A stretch of 64,000 nt of DNA from an uncultured Verrucomicrobiae bacterium (GTDB taxonomy: Bacteria; Verrucomicrobiota; Verrucomicrobiia; Chthoniobacterales; JAFAMB01): the NCBI GenBank assembly GCA_963813025.1, contig CAWEXO010000001.1, forward strand, positions 32,001-96,000. The letters run 5' to 3'. The position numbers and the translations under genes are program-made. The notes under the pieces are model-generated. The model searched no databases. It was not told where the DNA came from and saw nothing but the letters and a program-made list of their open reading frames with translations. This document shows, one piece after another, positions 47,399-58,853 of the stretch (its first letter is position 1; every line of letters begins with the position of its first letter).

Positions 47399-49903
47399 TC
47401 ATCCCCCCGGCCGATAATCAAACAGATTCAGCTGTGGTCGCGGTTCCTCTGGAAGCGCCTTTTTGCGAAAAACTTTGGACTCAGCCAGACGCGGCCGGCC
47501 TTGGGCGTTGAGTTCGGACGCCTCCAGGTTCGCCAGAATTTCCTGCGCACGCGCAATCAAGGAGTCGGGCAGCCCAGCCAGACGCGCCACTTGGATTCCA
47601 TAACTCTTGTCCGCCGCGCCTCGCTGAATTTTGCGCAGAAAAATGATCCGATCGTTCCATTCCCGCACCGCGACATTGTAGTTTTTCACTCCTTCCGCAG
47701 TTTTCTCTAGTTCAGTCATTTCATGATAATGCGTGGCGAAAAGTGTGCGGGCGCGTACCCGATCGTGCAAATGCTCGGCGACGCTCCAAGCGATCGATAA
47801 ACCATCAAAAGTTGAAGTGCCTCGCCCGATCTCATCCAGTACGACGAGGCTTCGCTCCGTGGCATTGGTGATGATATTCGCTGTTTCGTTCATCTCGACC
47901 ATGAAGGTCGATTGGCCGCGCGCGAGATCGTCGGCCGCGCCAACCCGGGTGAAAATGCGGTCGACCAGACCGATCTCGGCGGATTCTGCCGGAATGAAAC
48001 TGCCGCACTGGGCGAGCAGCACAAGCAAAGCGACCTGACGAATATAGGTGGATTTACCGGCCATATTCGGGCCGGTGATCAGGAGCAACCGATTTTCTGA
48101 GCCGTCGAGGAAACAATCGTTTGGCACAAACTTTTCAGCCGCGACGGTCTGATCCAGGACGGGATGCCGGCCTTCTCGTATATCGAGTACCAAGTCATTG
48201 GTCACCGTCGGACGGCAGTATCCGAAAAGCCGGGCGCTCTCCGCAAACGAAGCCGCGACGTCGAGGATCGCCACAGCGTTTGCCGTATCCTGGAGCTGCG
48301 GCAAATAGGCAAGCACCTTGTCGCGCAACTCGCCAAACAGTTCGTACTCCAACGTCTTGGCGCGTTCGTCAGCCCCAAGTATTTTTGCTTCCACTTCCTT
48401 TAGCTCGGGGGTGACAAATCGCTCCCCGTTCGCCAGCGTCTGTTTGCGCTGGTAATCAGCCGGAACGGCCTCCAGGTTGCTATTCGTAATTTCGATAAAA
48501 TATCCGAAGACCGAATTGTACCGAACTTTCAGCGATTTTATCCCGGTTCTCTCTGCCTCGCGGCGTTGCAAGGCGGCAATCCAATCCTTTCCGCTGGACG
48601 AGGCAGCGCGCAGTTCGTCCAGCATGGGATGATAACCGTTCCGAAAAATTCCGCCTTCCCGGAGCAGGGCGGGAGGTTCGTCGACCACCGCATCTTCCAG
48701 CAACTGCCTGAGCTCCGGCAGCGGGTAAATCCGTCGGGCTATCTTCTGGTCCAGAACGTTGTCGCCGGCGGAGGCAAGCGCATTGGCTAACGCGCCAAGA
48801 TGATCAAGCAATTCAGGCAGCACAGCCAATGAGACCCGCAACACCGCCAGGTCACGCGCGTTCCCACTACCCTGACTGAGCCGGCTGAGCGTTCGCTCGA
48901 TATCCCGGATCTTGCGCATGGATTGACGCAAGGCGCTTAAGAGAAACGATTGATCAAGCAGCTCCTGCACAAGCGCCTGGCGCTCCTGGATTCCGGCGAG
49001 GTCACGGAGCGGCTGGAGAAGCCACTGGTGCAGGAGCCGCGCACCCATCGGCGTGGTGGTTCGATCAACTGCCGCGAGCAGACTGGTATCCCGGCGCGGG
49101 TTTTGCGGGGTAACAATTTCGAGATTGCGCTGCGTCGCTAAATCGAGTCCGAGGAATGCATCAGAGAGAAACACGCCCAAGGCGCGGACATGGGAAGCGT
49201 TCCTGCGCAATTGCTGAGTGAGATAGTGAATCAAAGCGCCGGCCGCACCCACCGCCGCCGGCAGATCACCGCAACCGAACCCGTCGAGCGACTGCGCCTT
49301 GAAGTGTTCGCGAAGCGTCAAAGCCGCCTGATCAGGTTCGAAAGTGTAGCCGTCGTAAACGGTGGTATTCTCCACCGAGGCAAAGGCCCAGTTTTCCGGC
49401 ACGATGATTTCGGCAGGCTGGAATCGACCTAGTTCATCGACCAGCGCACCGTGCGTCGCCGGTTCGCTGACCCGGAACGCTCCGGTGCTCAGGTCCAACA
49501 AGGCCAGCCCGAAGCGGCCGCGGTGGTAGTTAATAGCGCAAAGATAATTATTCCTGCCCCCGGCCAGCACCTCGAGGCTGCTGATTGTTCCCGGGCTGAC
49601 AATCTGCGTTACCTGACGCTCAACGATCCGGCCGGGTTGTGGATCGGTCATCTGGTCGCATACTGCGACGCGATGCCCCGCCTGGATCAGTTTGTTCAGA
49701 TAAGCCTCCGCAGCATGGTACGGGACTCCGCACATCGGGATGCCGTTTCTTCGGGTGAGCGCGACGTTCAGCAGCTCGGAAGCGACTTTGGCGTCTTCAA
49801 AGAAGAGTTCGTAGAAATCGCCCAGGCGAAACAGGAGTAGCGTACCGGGCGGCAATCCCCGGCGGATGCTTTGATACTGCTGCATCATTGGGGTCGCGGC
49901 CAT
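47399..49903 (-). CDS. mutS: DNA mismatch repair protein MutS
   Basis: TPMMQQY, GDFYELF, TGPNMAGKST, STFMVEM, DEIGRGTST, SYGIQVA. Confidence 0.98.
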   Translation of the reverse strand: MAATPMMQQYQSIRRGLPPGTLLLFRLGDFYELFFEDAKVASELLNVALTRRNGIPMCGVPYHAAEAYLNKLIQAGHRVAVCDQMTDPQPGRIVERQVTQIVSPGTISSLEVLAGGRNNYLCAINYHRGRFGLALLDLSTGAFRVSEPATHGALVDELGRFQPAEIIVPENWAFASVENTTVYDGYTFEPDQAALTLREHFKAQSLDGFGCGDLPAAVGAAGALIHYLTQQLRRNASHVRALGVFLSDAFLGLDLATQRNLEIVTPQNPRRDTSLLAAVDRTTTPMGARLLHQWLLQPLRDLAGIQERQALVQELLDQSFLLSALRQSMRKIRDIERTLSRLSQGSGNARDLAVLRVSLAVLPELLDHLGALANALASAGDNVLDQKIARRIYPLPELRQLLEDAVVDEPPALLREGGIFRNGYHPMLDELRAASSSGKDWIAALQRREAERTGIKSLKVRYNSVFGYFIEITNSNLEAVPADYQRKQTLANGERFVTPELKEVEAKILGADERAKTLEYELFGELRDKVLAYLPQLQDTANAVAILDVAASFAESARLFGYCRPTVTNDLVLDIREGRHPVLDQTVAAEKFVPNDCFLDGSENRLLLITGPNMAGKSTYIRQVALLVLLAQCGSFIPAESAEIGLVDRIFTRVGAADDLARGQSTFMVEMNETANIITNATERSLVVLDEIGRGTSTFDGLSIAWSVAEHLHDRVRARTLFATHYHEMTELEKTAEGVKNYNVAVREWNDRIIFLRKIQRGAADKSYGIQVARLAGLPDSLIARAQEILANLEASELNAQGRPRLAESKVFRKKALPEEPRPQLNLFDYRPGG

Positions 49904-49989
49904 GGAGCAGGAGGTTAAAAGGGAAGCCGTTTGCGTTCAACACCGCTCGTTGCGCGTTTTTTCGGGATGTGAGGCGTGACACGCATCGC

Positions 49990-50090
49990 GTAAGGCGCAC
50001 GGCATCGTGCGCCACAGACCGGAATACGGACGAGGCCGTCCGCCTGCGTCCCAGCTTCGCGGGACTACGGCGCGACAAGTGCCGCGCTAT
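49990..50090. repeat. REP-like palindromes with an apparent nested insertion
   Basis: TACGGACGAGGCCGTCCG (50025-50042) equals 20371-20388; its CGCTA tail is displaced by about 40 bp of another hairpin. Confidence 0.55.
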
Positions 50091-50229
50091 GGTTTATTAT
50101 TTTTCTTGCGCTTTTCCGAAAATCTGGATTTGTCCTACGCCCTTTCCCGGGCGATGAGAGCTGCAGGGATAACCGGTTCACGGCAGGCCCATTGGAATCG
50201 GGGAGGGCGGGAAAAGACCCCTGGTAATT

Positions 50230-52389
50230 ATGCTACGAGATCGCGAACCACCAACCGGCTCTTCAACCCATGCCAAAATCTGGCGTGATCGAGCGCGCCC
50301 GGGTGTCATGCTGGGGCACGACCATTTGCCGCGGTCTACTTGCGTGCTGGTTCCCAACCGCCTTGAATCGGAAGATCTTGCCCCTCTCGAAGAAGCGGTC
50401 GGCCGCAAGATCTCTTTTTTTGCGCCGGAATCATTTTGCCTGAAGCACCCAGCCTTCATCCGGAGCGGCCGGATCAAACGCCTGGAAGACAAAGTTTTTT
50501 CTGAACCGGCGTCGCTTGGAATTCGTGACGGCACCGTGATCTGCTTGATTCCCGAGGCTTGGGCAGCGAGGCCCGGAACACCGATTTGCTCAGGAGTAAC
50601 GGCTGCACAGCTGACCGCATTGACAACCGTACCCGTCGTCCCGGTCTGGATCGATCGGCTCTGGGGTTCGCTTTGGCCCAAAGGTGTTCGGGAACCTGTA
50701 AGGATGGCTTTCGGAAAGCCGCTGAAGCAATCTGAGTACTCCCTCGGTCATCTGCACCAGCGGCTCCTGGAGTTAGGCGAACTCTGCTTCAGCAAACGAC
50801 CGGGCTTGGACGATCACCTGGGCCGCGCGACCATCCGCGGACTGCGCAACAGCCAGTTTTCCGAAGTCGTCATTGACGGTATGGACCATCGCCGCTTTAA
50901 AGGAGGCACTCTTCTGGCGGCAAGCATCGCCCTGAGCCGCTGGCTCAAGCGGAATTGCGCGGGAAAGAGAGTTGCCGTGGTGTTGCCGCCCGGCGCTGGG
51001 GCGGTTATCGCGAATATCGCGGTCGTGCTAGCCGACAAAATACCAGTCAACTTGAACTTTACCGTGGGGCGGGCGGCTCTCGGCTCCGCGATCCAACGAG
51101 GCGAGATCGCTCACGCCATCTCGGCCAAACCAGTGATGAAGCGCCTCCAGGAATTTCCCTGGCCCGAGGTGGTTTATCGCCTCGAGGAGCTGGTGCCTAA
51201 ACTGAAGCCAAAAATCGCCCTGTGGCGGCTAGCCGTCCTGGCTCTGCCAGCCCCTGTGTTGAGTTCACTGCTGCGGCTTCCCCGGACGGGTCAGAGCCGG
51301 GAAGCGGTCCTGTTATTTACCAGTGGCACCGCCGGAGAACCGAAGGGAGTCGTCCTCAGTCACCGAAACATTATCGGAAACGTTCTGCAATTTCGTTCCG
51401 TGGTTGATCTTTGCCGTGACGATACGCTGATGGCCTCCCTTCCTTTCTTCCACTGTTTCGGCTGTACAGTAACATTGTGGCACCCGGTCCTTGAAGGTGT
51501 TCGCATAGTAACTTATCCAACGCCCGTCGATGTCGTAAAAAACGCGGAACTGGTCGAGCGTTACAAAGTCACGCTCATGACGACGACTCCCACTTTTCTG
51601 CGCGGATACCTGAAGCGTTGCGAGCCAAGACAATTTGCGACGCTCAAACTGCTGGTTGCCGGAGCAGAAAAGCTGCCACGGGATCTCGCGGAAAGCTTCC
51701 GGCAGAAATTCGGCATTACGGTGATGGAAGGTTATGGACTCACCGAGACTTCACCGGTCGTCAGCGTGAATCTCCCGGAACCGGTCGCGGCCGAACGCGC
51801 CTTACCGAGTGCGCGGACTGGTTCGGTTGGTAAATTACTACCTGGACAAGCTGCGGAGATTCGTGATCCGGAGTCGGGAAAACCCTTGGCTCCGAACGAA
51901 CTCGGAATCCTTTGGCTGAAAGGAGCCAATATCTTCGAGTCGTACCTGAATGAGCCAGGCTGGACCCAACGCACAAAGGTGGATGACTGGTTTTGCACCG
52001 GCGATCTCGCCCGGTTTGATGAAGACGGCTTTCTCTACATCGAGGGTCGGCTATCGCGCTTTTCGAAGATTGCCGGAGAAATGGTCCCGCACGAAACTAT
52101 TGAGGCCAAGATCGTTGAGCTTTTTGGGTTTAAAGCTGAGGAGGAACAGGTGGTGACCGTCGTCGGGCTCCCGAACGACGCCAAGGGAGAGTCGCTGGTC
52201 CTGCTTTCCACCTATGACCTGGCGGTGAGGGAGCTTCGCGGTCGGCTTCTGGCCGCCGGTTTTCCCACTCTCTGGATCCCGAGAACCGTTAAATTGGTTG
52301 AGAAAATTCCGGTGCTGGGTACCGGGAAACTGGACCTGGGAAAGTGCCTCGAACTAGCGCGGAAAGCGCGAACCGAACGAGCGGCCTGA
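50230..52389 (+). CDS. AMP-dependent acyl-ACP synthetase (Aas-like) with degenerate acyltransferase-like N-terminus
   Basis: FTSGTAGEPKGV, EGYGLTETSP, TGD, GRLSRFSKIAGEMV, GTGKLD. Confidence 0.88.
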   Translation: MLRDREPPTGSSTHAKIWRDRARPGVMLGHDHLPRSTCVLVPNRLESEDLAPLEEAVGRKISFFAPESFCLKHPAFIRSGRIKRLEDKVFSEPASLGIRDGTVICLIPEAWAARPGTPICSGVTAAQLTALTTVPVVPVWIDRLWGSLWPKGVREPVRMAFGKPLKQSEYSLGHLHQRLLELGELCFSKRPGLDDHLGRATIRGLRNSQFSEVVIDGMDHRRFKGGTLLAASIALSRWLKRNCAGKRVAVVLPPGAGAVIANIAVVLADKIPVNLNFTVGRAALGSAIQRGEIAHAISAKPVMKRLQEFPWPEVVYRLEELVPKLKPKIALWRLAVLALPAPVLSSLLRLPRTGQSREAVLLFTSGTAGEPKGVVLSHRNIIGNVLQFRSVVDLCRDDTLMASLPFFHCFGCTVTLWHPVLEGVRIVTYPTPVDVVKNAELVERYKVTLMTTTPTFLRGYLKRCEPRQFATLKLLVAGAEKLPRDLAESFRQKFGITVMEGYGLTETSPVVSVNLPEPVAAERALPSARTGSVGKLLPGQAAEIRDPESGKPLAPNELGILWLKGANIFESYLNEPGWTQRTKVDDWFCTGDLARFDEDGFLYIEGRLSRFSKIAGEMVPHETIEAKIVELFGFKAEEEQVVTVVGLPNDAKGESLVLLSTYDLAVRELRGRLLAAGFPTLWIPRTVKLVEKIPVLGTGKLDLGKCLELARKARTERAA

Positions 52390-52528
52390 GCGCCTTGCCC
52401 GCCGCAGCTCCGAGCGAAGTGAGGACGAAGGAGGGAGCGGCTTGTTGTAACGCGGTCGGCTGCGGGGGCGTCTGAGTTGAGTTTCCCTTCCGGCCATGTT
52501 CGCCACAGCTTCGGCGACCTCGCTCAAG

Positions 52529-53308
52529 CTATCCCGGACACGGCTCGGACGAAGGCCGAACTGGATAAATCGTCACGTCAAGCCGATTCGCGTAAACGAC
52601 ATGATCGGGCGATCTGTCCGGAACCGCCAAGCCTTCGAGCGCGAACAAGCGCGGGTCAAATGATTCCACGACCGCCGAGCGCAATTGGTATGGCGGGTGA
52701 TACACCCTCCCGGTGTTGAGCCGTTTTTTGTTCCAGGCAAACAGCCGGTAGCGTTCGATCAGGAAAAAATCGAGCGAACCGAAGCTGGCTTCGCCGATAG
52801 CTGAATTAGCCGGAAGCGAGTACTCATAAACGAATCTCCGCGATTGCCCCAGCCGCCGTGATTCATACCGAACCTTTCTTCCGAAGATCTCAAGGCGCAT
52901 CACAGCGTGATGATAAGGCAAATAGAAGAACCGCCGGGCCACCCAAACGGCCAACGGCTGATTGGCATCCAGCGAGTAGAACCAGACGCCCGGCCGCCCT
53001 TCCGTATCGCGGACATAGGTACGCAAATTCAGCTCAAGGAAGCTCGGAACCCCACTGACCCCGGGTAAGCCCGATGGTCGCACACATCGCATGGCAAACG
53101 GAACAATACCTACCCAGGCGCTCCCATCGTAGACATCAACGTCCAGCCCGGGCGGTAAAGTTTGTTGAATTACCGCTGGCGCGAAGCGCCAGTGAAGAAA
53201 GAGCAATCGGCGCCACTGCTGATGCATTACTGGGCGTGCGTTCAACGGCAGTTGGCGTTCGGTCAGTTGCGCAACGACCCATGGCGCCCGATCAGCGAAA
53301 GTGTTCAT
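52529..53308 (-). CDS. DUF2071 (YqjF-family) protein
   Basis: MHQQWRRLLFLHW, ELNLRTYV, GVWFYSLDA, FLIERY. Confidence 0.88.
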   Translation of the reverse strand: MNTFADRAPWVVAQLTERQLPLNARPVMHQQWRRLLFLHWRFAPAVIQQTLPPGLDVDVYDGSAWVGIVPFAMRCVRPSGLPGVSGVPSFLELNLRTYVRDTEGRPGVWFYSLDANQPLAVWVARRFFYLPYHHAVMRLEIFGRKVRYESRRLGQSRRFVYEYSLPANSAIGEASFGSLDFFLIERYRLFAWNKKRLNTGRVYHPPYQLRSAVVESFDPRLFALEGLAVPDRSPDHVVYANRLDVTIYPVRPSSEPCPG

Positions 53309-53439
53309 CGTTTTATTGAGCGGTTTGAGCGAGTCTCGGCGCGCGGGAGCAGGTTCGGTTGCGATGAGAGATAATCGGGCATCTGATCAATTTCAGTTCA
53401 GCCAGCTCAGGCCGATCGAGCCGCTCAGGCCGCTTTCCT

Positions 53440-54033
53440 TCAGCCCCCGATCGCCTGGGTCGCAGCCCTTGCCGGAGCTGAGCGAGCCAGCTTATCCGGA
53501 TCGGGCAAAGGCCCCGGTAGAATATCCACTCGCGCACCTACTCCAACCGTCCGGAATAAATGAATAACGTCCGTTGAGCGCATCCTGATGCAGCCATAGC
53601 TCGCGGGCCGGCCGATATTCCGTTCTTCGGGCGTGCCATGAATATAGATGCAGCGTCCGAAGGCATTCCGATTTTCCGCCTGCAGACCGCGCAACCAGAG
53701 AATGCGGGTAACAATCGGATCTCGTCCGGGAGCATTCGGCACCAGCACTTCCCCGGTTGGGTGGCGGTCCCGGAAAACGGCTCCGAGGGGAGCATCAGCG
53801 CCAATCTTCCGCACAACCTCGAGTTCGCCCAGAGGAGTATGACAGCTCCCTGGTCGATCGCCCCAGCCAAATTTTGAAGTTGAGACCTGGTATCGCACAA
53901 GGTGAACCCTGTTTTGATAAACATCCATCGCCTGATCGGCAATGCTGACGACAACGTAATGGCTTCGGTCTTTGGTGGCACATGCCGCCAGCAAAATGTT
54001 CACGGCCAACAAAAGGAATGTACGTATCCGCAT
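53440..54033 (-). CDS. L,D-transpeptidase (YkuD family) lipoprotein
   Basis: LAAC lipobox; IYIHGT..ASYGCIRM. Confidence 0.92.
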   Translation of the reverse strand: MRIRTFLLLAVNILLAACATKDRSHYVVVSIADQAMDVYQNRVHLVRYQVSTSKFGWGDRPGSCHTPLGELEVVRKIGADAPLGAVFRDRHPTGEVLVPNAPGRDPIVTRILWLRGLQAENRNAFGRCIYIHGTPEERNIGRPASYGCIRMRSTDVIHLFRTVGVGARVDILPGPLPDPDKLARSAPARAATQAIGG

Positions 54034-54204
54034 GTGCGATACCTTTTAGCAGAAAGCGAGGCGTTGTGCCAATGAGGCGGCGCCTCCGAGTCCCCGAGTG
54101 CCGAGTCGCGAGTTCCGGGTGACGGGTCGCGGGACACGCACTACACCGACACGCAGCCTTCCAGTCATTGACCACTATTAGAATTTCTTATACTTTCCTC
54201 CGCT

Positions 54205-54927
54205 ATGGAAGCAGCCGCTCTTCCTCCCGCGTCTGCGCGTAAATTTTCGGCCAATCGGCTGGTTGCCTTTTATCAGTCATCAATTGGCAAAAAAATTGTG
54301 ATTGCGCTCACCGGAGCGATTGCCCTGCTCTATGTGATCGGACATCTGGTCGGGAACCTGCAGATCTTTGTCAGTCCGCAAAAACTGAACAACTACGCCT
54401 ATTTTTTGCAATCGCTTGGACCGCTGCTCTGGCTGATCCGAATTTTCTTGTTAGCCGCTTTTGTGCTGCACATCGTGGCCACCATCCAGGTCACCTGGCA
54501 GAACCGGCAGGCAAAGCCAATGAAGTACGCCGTGCGCGCTTATCAGAGATCGACGATTGCGTCCCGGACCATGATTGTCAGCGGTCTCGTCGTTCTCTGC
54601 TTTGTCATCTATCACCTGCTGCAGTTCACCGTTATGGCTACCAACCCCGGATTTCGCGACCTGCATGACGCCCAGGGCCATCATGACGTGTACCGGATGG
54701 TGATATTGGGTTTCCAAAACTTCTGGGTTTCTTTCTTTTACATCCTCAGCTTGTTCCTCCTGACGAACCACCTCAGTCACGGTTTTGCCAGCCTGATGCA
54801 GACTCTGGGGATCAATAATCGAAAGATGTCAGCTGGCCTGACCACGGGCGGACTGATCCTTTCCTGGCTCATTTTCGCCGGCTATATCTCCATCCCGATC
54901 AGCGTCATGACCCGACTCATCCGATGA
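54205..54927 (+). CDS. sdhC: Succinate dehydrogenase cytochrome b subunit
   Basis: SSIGKK..ALTG..HLVGNL; five TM helices with conserved His. Confidence 0.92.
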   Translation: MEAAALPPASARKFSANRLVAFYQSSIGKKIVIALTGAIALLYVIGHLVGNLQIFVSPQKLNNYAYFLQSLGPLLWLIRIFLLAAFVLHIVATIQVTWQNRQAKPMKYAVRAYQRSTIASRTMIVSGLVVLCFVIYHLLQFTVMATNPGFRDLHDAQGHHDVYRMVILGFQNFWVSFFYILSLFLLTNHLSHGFASLMQTLGINNRKMSAGLTTGGLILSWLIFAGYISIPISVMTRLIR

Positions 54928-54931
54928 ACCT

Positions 54932-56851
54932 ATGACGACCACCCTCGAGGCGAGAGCTCCCTCCGGGCCGCTGGAGAAAAAGTGGGAGAAACACAAGGCC
55001 GAATCGAAACTCGTCAGCCCGAATAATAAACGAAAGTTCGAGTTGATCGTTGTCGGCAGCGGCTTGGCCGGGGCCGCGGCCGCGGCGACGCTGGGCGAAC
55101 TCGGCTACAACGTGAAATGCTTTTGTTTTCAGGATTCACCCAGGCGCGCCCACAGCATCGCCGCCCAAGGAGGCATCAATGCGGCCAAGAATTATCAAAA
55201 CGATGGCGATAGCGTCTACCGGCTCTTCTACGACACCATCAAAGGTGGCGATTTCCGATCGCGCGAGGCGAACGTGTATCGGCTGGCTGAGGTGAGCGTC
55301 AACATCATTGACCAATGTGTCGCTCAAGGCGTCCCGTTCGCACGGGAGTATGGCGGTCTTCTGGCCAACCGGTCTTTTGGCGGAGCGCAAGTCTCGCGCA
55401 CCTTTTACGCACGGGGACAGACCGGCCAGCAATTGCTCCTCGGGGCGTACCAGGCGCTGGAGCGCCAGATCGCGGCCGGATCGGTGCAAATGTTCCCCCG
55501 CACGGAGATGCTCGACCTGGTGGTTGTGAACGGGCACGCGAAGGGGATCGTTGTCCGGGATTTGATTACCGGGGAGGTCAGCTCGCACGCCGCGGACACC
55601 GTCATCCTGGCGACGGGCGGCTACAGCAACGTCTTCTTTCTCTCGACTAATGCCCGCGGCTGCAATGTGACGGCAACCTACCGCGCCTACAAGCGTGGCG
55701 CGTTCTTCGCCAACCCTTGCTATACGCAAATCCATCCGACCTGCATTCCGGTGAGCGGCTCGTATCAGTCCAAGCTGACGTTAATGTCAGAATCGCTGCG
55801 CAACGATGGGCGGGTCTGGGTTCCAAAAAAGAAGGATGATCATCGATCGCCCGAGTCGATCCCCCCGGAAGAGCGCGATTATTACCTGGAACGCAAGTAC
55901 CCGAGCTTCGGCAATCTCGCGCCGCGCGACATTGCATCGCGCAGTGCCAAAGAGGTGTGCGATGAAGGTCGCGGTGTAGGTCCCGGCGGCCTCGGCGTTT
56001 ATCTGGATTTCGCCGACGCCATCAAACGGTACGGCGCCGAAACGATCGAGGAACGCTACGGAAATCTCTTCGACATGTACGCCAATATTACCGGAGAGAA
56101 CGCTTACCGGACCCCAATGCGAATCTATCCCGCCCTTCACTACACAATGGGAGGCCTTTGGGTTGATTACAATCTGATGAGTAATTTGCCTGGATTACAC
56201 GTCTTGGGCGAAGCGAATTTCTCCGATCATGGCGCAAATCGGCTCGGAGCGAGCGCATTGATGCAGGGTCTGGCGGATGGTTATTTCGTTATTCCCTATA
56301 CGCTGGGAAATTATCTTGCTACCCAGATGGGGAAAAAGGTCAGCGTCGATCGGCCGGAGTTTAAAGCGGCCGAAGAAGCGGTGTGTCGTCAAACCAAGAG
56401 GCTGTTAGAAGTCAAAGGTAAACGTACCGTGACGAGTTTCCACCGGGACCTCGGTCTGCTCATGTGGAATAACTGCGGCATGACGCGCAGTGTGCAAAGC
56501 CTGGGCGAAGCGCTTGCCAAAATCCCGCAAATCCGCGAGGAATTTTGGTCCAACGTAAACGTCCTGGGCGAGTCCGGTGAGTTGAATGACTCGCTGGAGC
56601 GAGCTGGCCGAGTGGCGGATTTTCTTGAGTTTGCCGAATTGCTTTGTCGGGATGCTCTTGAGCGGGCGGAGTCGTGCGGCGCACACTTCCGCGTCGAATA
56701 TCAAACTCCCGATGGAGAAGCGCTCCGCAATGACGACGATTTTTCCCACGTCGCGGCCTGGCAATATCAAGGACCGCATGCCGCGCCGACCCGCAACATC
56801 GAACCGCTCGTGTTTGAAAGCGTGAAGCTCTCGCAACGCAGTTATAAATGA
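54932..56851 (+). CDS. sdhA: Succinate dehydrogenase/fumarate reductase flavoprotein
   Basis: [36 protein letters not shown]. Confidence 0.96.
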   Translation: MTTTLEARAPSGPLEKKWEKHKAESKLVSPNNKRKFELIVVGSGLAGAAAAATLGELGYNVKCFCFQDSPRRAHSIAAQGGINAAKNYQNDGDSVYRLFYDTIKGGDFRSREANVYRLAEVSVNIIDQCVAQGVPFAREYGGLLANRSFGGAQVSRTFYARGQTGQQLLLGAYQALERQIAAGSVQMFPRTEMLDLVVVNGHAKGIVVRDLITGEVSSHAADTVILATGGYSNVFFLSTNARGCNVTATYRAYKRGAFFANPCYTQIHPTCIPVSGSYQSKLTLMSESLRNDGRVWVPKKKDDHRSPESIPPEERDYYLERKYPSFGNLAPRDIASRSAKEVCDEGRGVGPGGLGVYLDFADAIKRYGAETIEERYGNLFDMYANITGENAYRTPMRIYPALHYTMGGLWVDYNLMSNLPGLHVLGEANFSDHGANRLGASALMQGLADGYFVIPYTLGNYLATQMGKKVSVDRPEFKAAEEAVCRQTKRLLEVKGKRTVTSFHRDLGLLMWNNCGMTRSVQSLGEALAKIPQIREEFWSNVNVLGESGELNDSLERAGRVADFLEFAELLCRDALERAESCGAHFRVEYQTPDGEALRNDDDFSHVAAWQYQGPHAAPTRNIEPLVFESVKLSQRSYK

Positions 56852-57606
56852 ACTTTAAACTCAAGGTCTGGCGTCAGAAAGAAAGCGCTCCCGCCGGACG
56901 GTTCATCGATTATGCGGCGTCCGATATTCCCGCGGAGGCCTCCTTTCTGGAGATGCTCGACATTGTCAACGAAGGGCTCACTGCGTCCAACGAGGAACCG
57001 ATCGCATTTGACTCCGACTGTCGGGAAGGCATCTGCGGAACCTGTTCTTTAGTTATCAACGGCATACCGCACGGTCCGGGCAAGGCAAAAACGACCTGCC
57101 AGCTCTACATGCGCCGGTTCAAGGATGGAGACACCATTTGGGTCGAACCGTTCCGGGCCGCCCTGTTCCCGGTAATAAAGGATTTGGTGGTCGACCGGAG
57201 CGCCTTCGACCAAATCATCGAGGCAGGCGGCTTTATTTCGGTCCACCCAGGAGAAGCGCCGGAGGCAAACGCATTGCCGATTCCAAAAACAATTGCGGAC
57301 CTTTCGATGGAAGCCGCGGCCTGCATTGGTTGCGGCGCCTGTGTCGCGGCCTGCCCAAACTCGGCCGCAATGCTTTTTGTGGGCGCAAAAGTTTCGCACC
57401 TTGCCCTGCTGCCCCAAGGCCAGGCGGAACGCCGGGAGCGGGTGGTTCGGATGGTGCGTCGCATGGACGAGCTGGGTTTTGGCAATTGCAGCAACCATTA
57501 CGAATGCGAAGCCGTTTGCCCGGCGGAGATCAGCGCGTCCTTCATCTCGCATCTGAATCGGGAGTACGCGGCAGCCACGGCGCAAGAGGCTCTGGCTGTT
57601 TCATAG
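56848..57606 (+). CDS. sdhB: Succinate dehydrogenase/fumarate reductase iron-sulfur subunit
   Basis: [34 protein letters not shown]. Confidence 0.96.
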   Translation: MNFKLKVWRQKESAPAGRFIDYAASDIPAEASFLEMLDIVNEGLTASNEEPIAFDSDCREGICGTCSLVINGIPHGPGKAKTTCQLYMRRFKDGDTIWVEPFRAALFPVIKDLVVDRSAFDQIIEAGGFISVHPGEAPEANALPIPKTIADLSMEAAACIGCGACVAACPNSAAMLFVGAKVSHLALLPQGQAERRERVVRMVRRMDELGFGNCSNHYECEAVCPAEISASFISHLNREYAAATAQEALAVS

Positions 57607-58701
57607 GAATCCACAAATGGCGTCGCCCATCGCGCCGGTCGACAGTGCCCGCTCACCGTCCTTGGCGATATCGCGGGTCCGCAGCCCATCGGCAATTGTC
57701 CGGCGGACCGCTTGTTCGATCCGGGCCGCCTGTTCATTCAGCCCAAAGGAATACCGCAGCATCAAGGCGGCGGATAATATCTGGGCAATTGGATTGGCAA
57801 CCCCCCGCCCCGCGATATCCGGGGCGGAGCCGCCGCTCGGTTCATACAAACCGAACCGCGACCGACCGGATCCTTCGAGACCCAGGCTGGCGCTTGGCAG
57901 CATTCCGATCGAACCGGTCAGCATCGCCAGTTCATCGCTCAAAATATCGCCGAAAAGATTCTCGGTCACGACGAGATCGAACTGTCGCGGGTCGCGAATG
58001 AATTGCATAGCCGCGTTGTCCACGAGGAGATGGCTGACCTCGATATCGGGGTAGCGCTCGGCCACACGTCGAATGATTGCGCGCCAGAGAAGGCTGTTTT
58101 CCAGCACATTTGCTTTATCGACGGAGACAAGCCGCCGGCGCCGAGTTCGCGCGATCGCAAAAGCCAGTTCAGCGATCCGCTCAATCTCCGTACTCCGATA
58201 GATCATCGTATCCACCGCAACGGTCTCTGAACCTTCCTGACGAGTCTCTTTGGGCTGGCCAAAGTAGAGGCCGCCCGTCAATTCACGGACGCAGAGAATG
58301 TCAAAGCCGCCGGCAACCAGGTCTGGTCGCAAGGGCGAGGACTCGGCCAACTCCGGATAGCAGATGGCCGGCCGAAGATTCGCGAACAGCCTGAAATGTC
58401 GGCGCAGTGGCAACAAGGCAGCCCGTTCTGGCTGTTCGTTGGCTGGCAAAGTCTCCCATTTTGGGCCACCCACCGATCCGAATAAAATCGCGTCAGCCGA
58501 CTCACAGGTCTCCAACGTTCTGCTTGGCAGCGCCTTCCCGGTAGCGTCGATCGCGGCTCCGCCGACCAGAGCATTGCGCTGGTCAAGCCCGATGTCCGCC
58601 CCGGCCAGGCAAGCACGCAACACCTTCAATGCCTCTGCCATGACCTCCGGGCCGATCCCGTCCCCGGCGAGTACCGCAATTTTTAAAATTCTGGGTTGCA
58701 T
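57601..58701 (-). CDS. leuB: 3-isopropylmalate dehydrogenase
   Basis: [38 protein letters not shown]. Confidence 0.96.
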   Translation of the reverse strand: MQPRILKIAVLAGDGIGPEVMAEALKVLRACLAGADIGLDQRNALVGGAAIDATGKALPSRTLETCESADAILFGSVGGPKWETLPANEQPERAALLPLRRHFRLFANLRPAICYPELAESSPLRPDLVAGGFDILCVRELTGGLYFGQPKETRQEGSETVAVDTMIYRSTEIERIAELAFAIARTRRRRLVSVDKANVLENSLLWRAIIRRVAERYPDIEVSHLLVDNAAMQFIRDPRQFDLVVTENLFGDILSDELAMLTGSIGMLPSASLGLEGSGRSRFGLYEPSGGSAPDIAGRGVANPIAQILSAALMLRYSFGLNEQAARIEQAVRRTIADGLRTRDIAKDGERALSTGAMGDAICGFL

Positions 58702-58853
58702 GGGTCGCAGGGGAGTTCACGAATTGGCGTGTGGGCGAACGAGCAAAAGGGAGACCGTGCGAGGAAGACAGTCGGAGTCCATCGAGAACGTTTTAATAGC
58801 ACGCGGTCCATTCATTCCCTTAACTCGCATCATTCAGCCTTTCGCCCTTTCGC

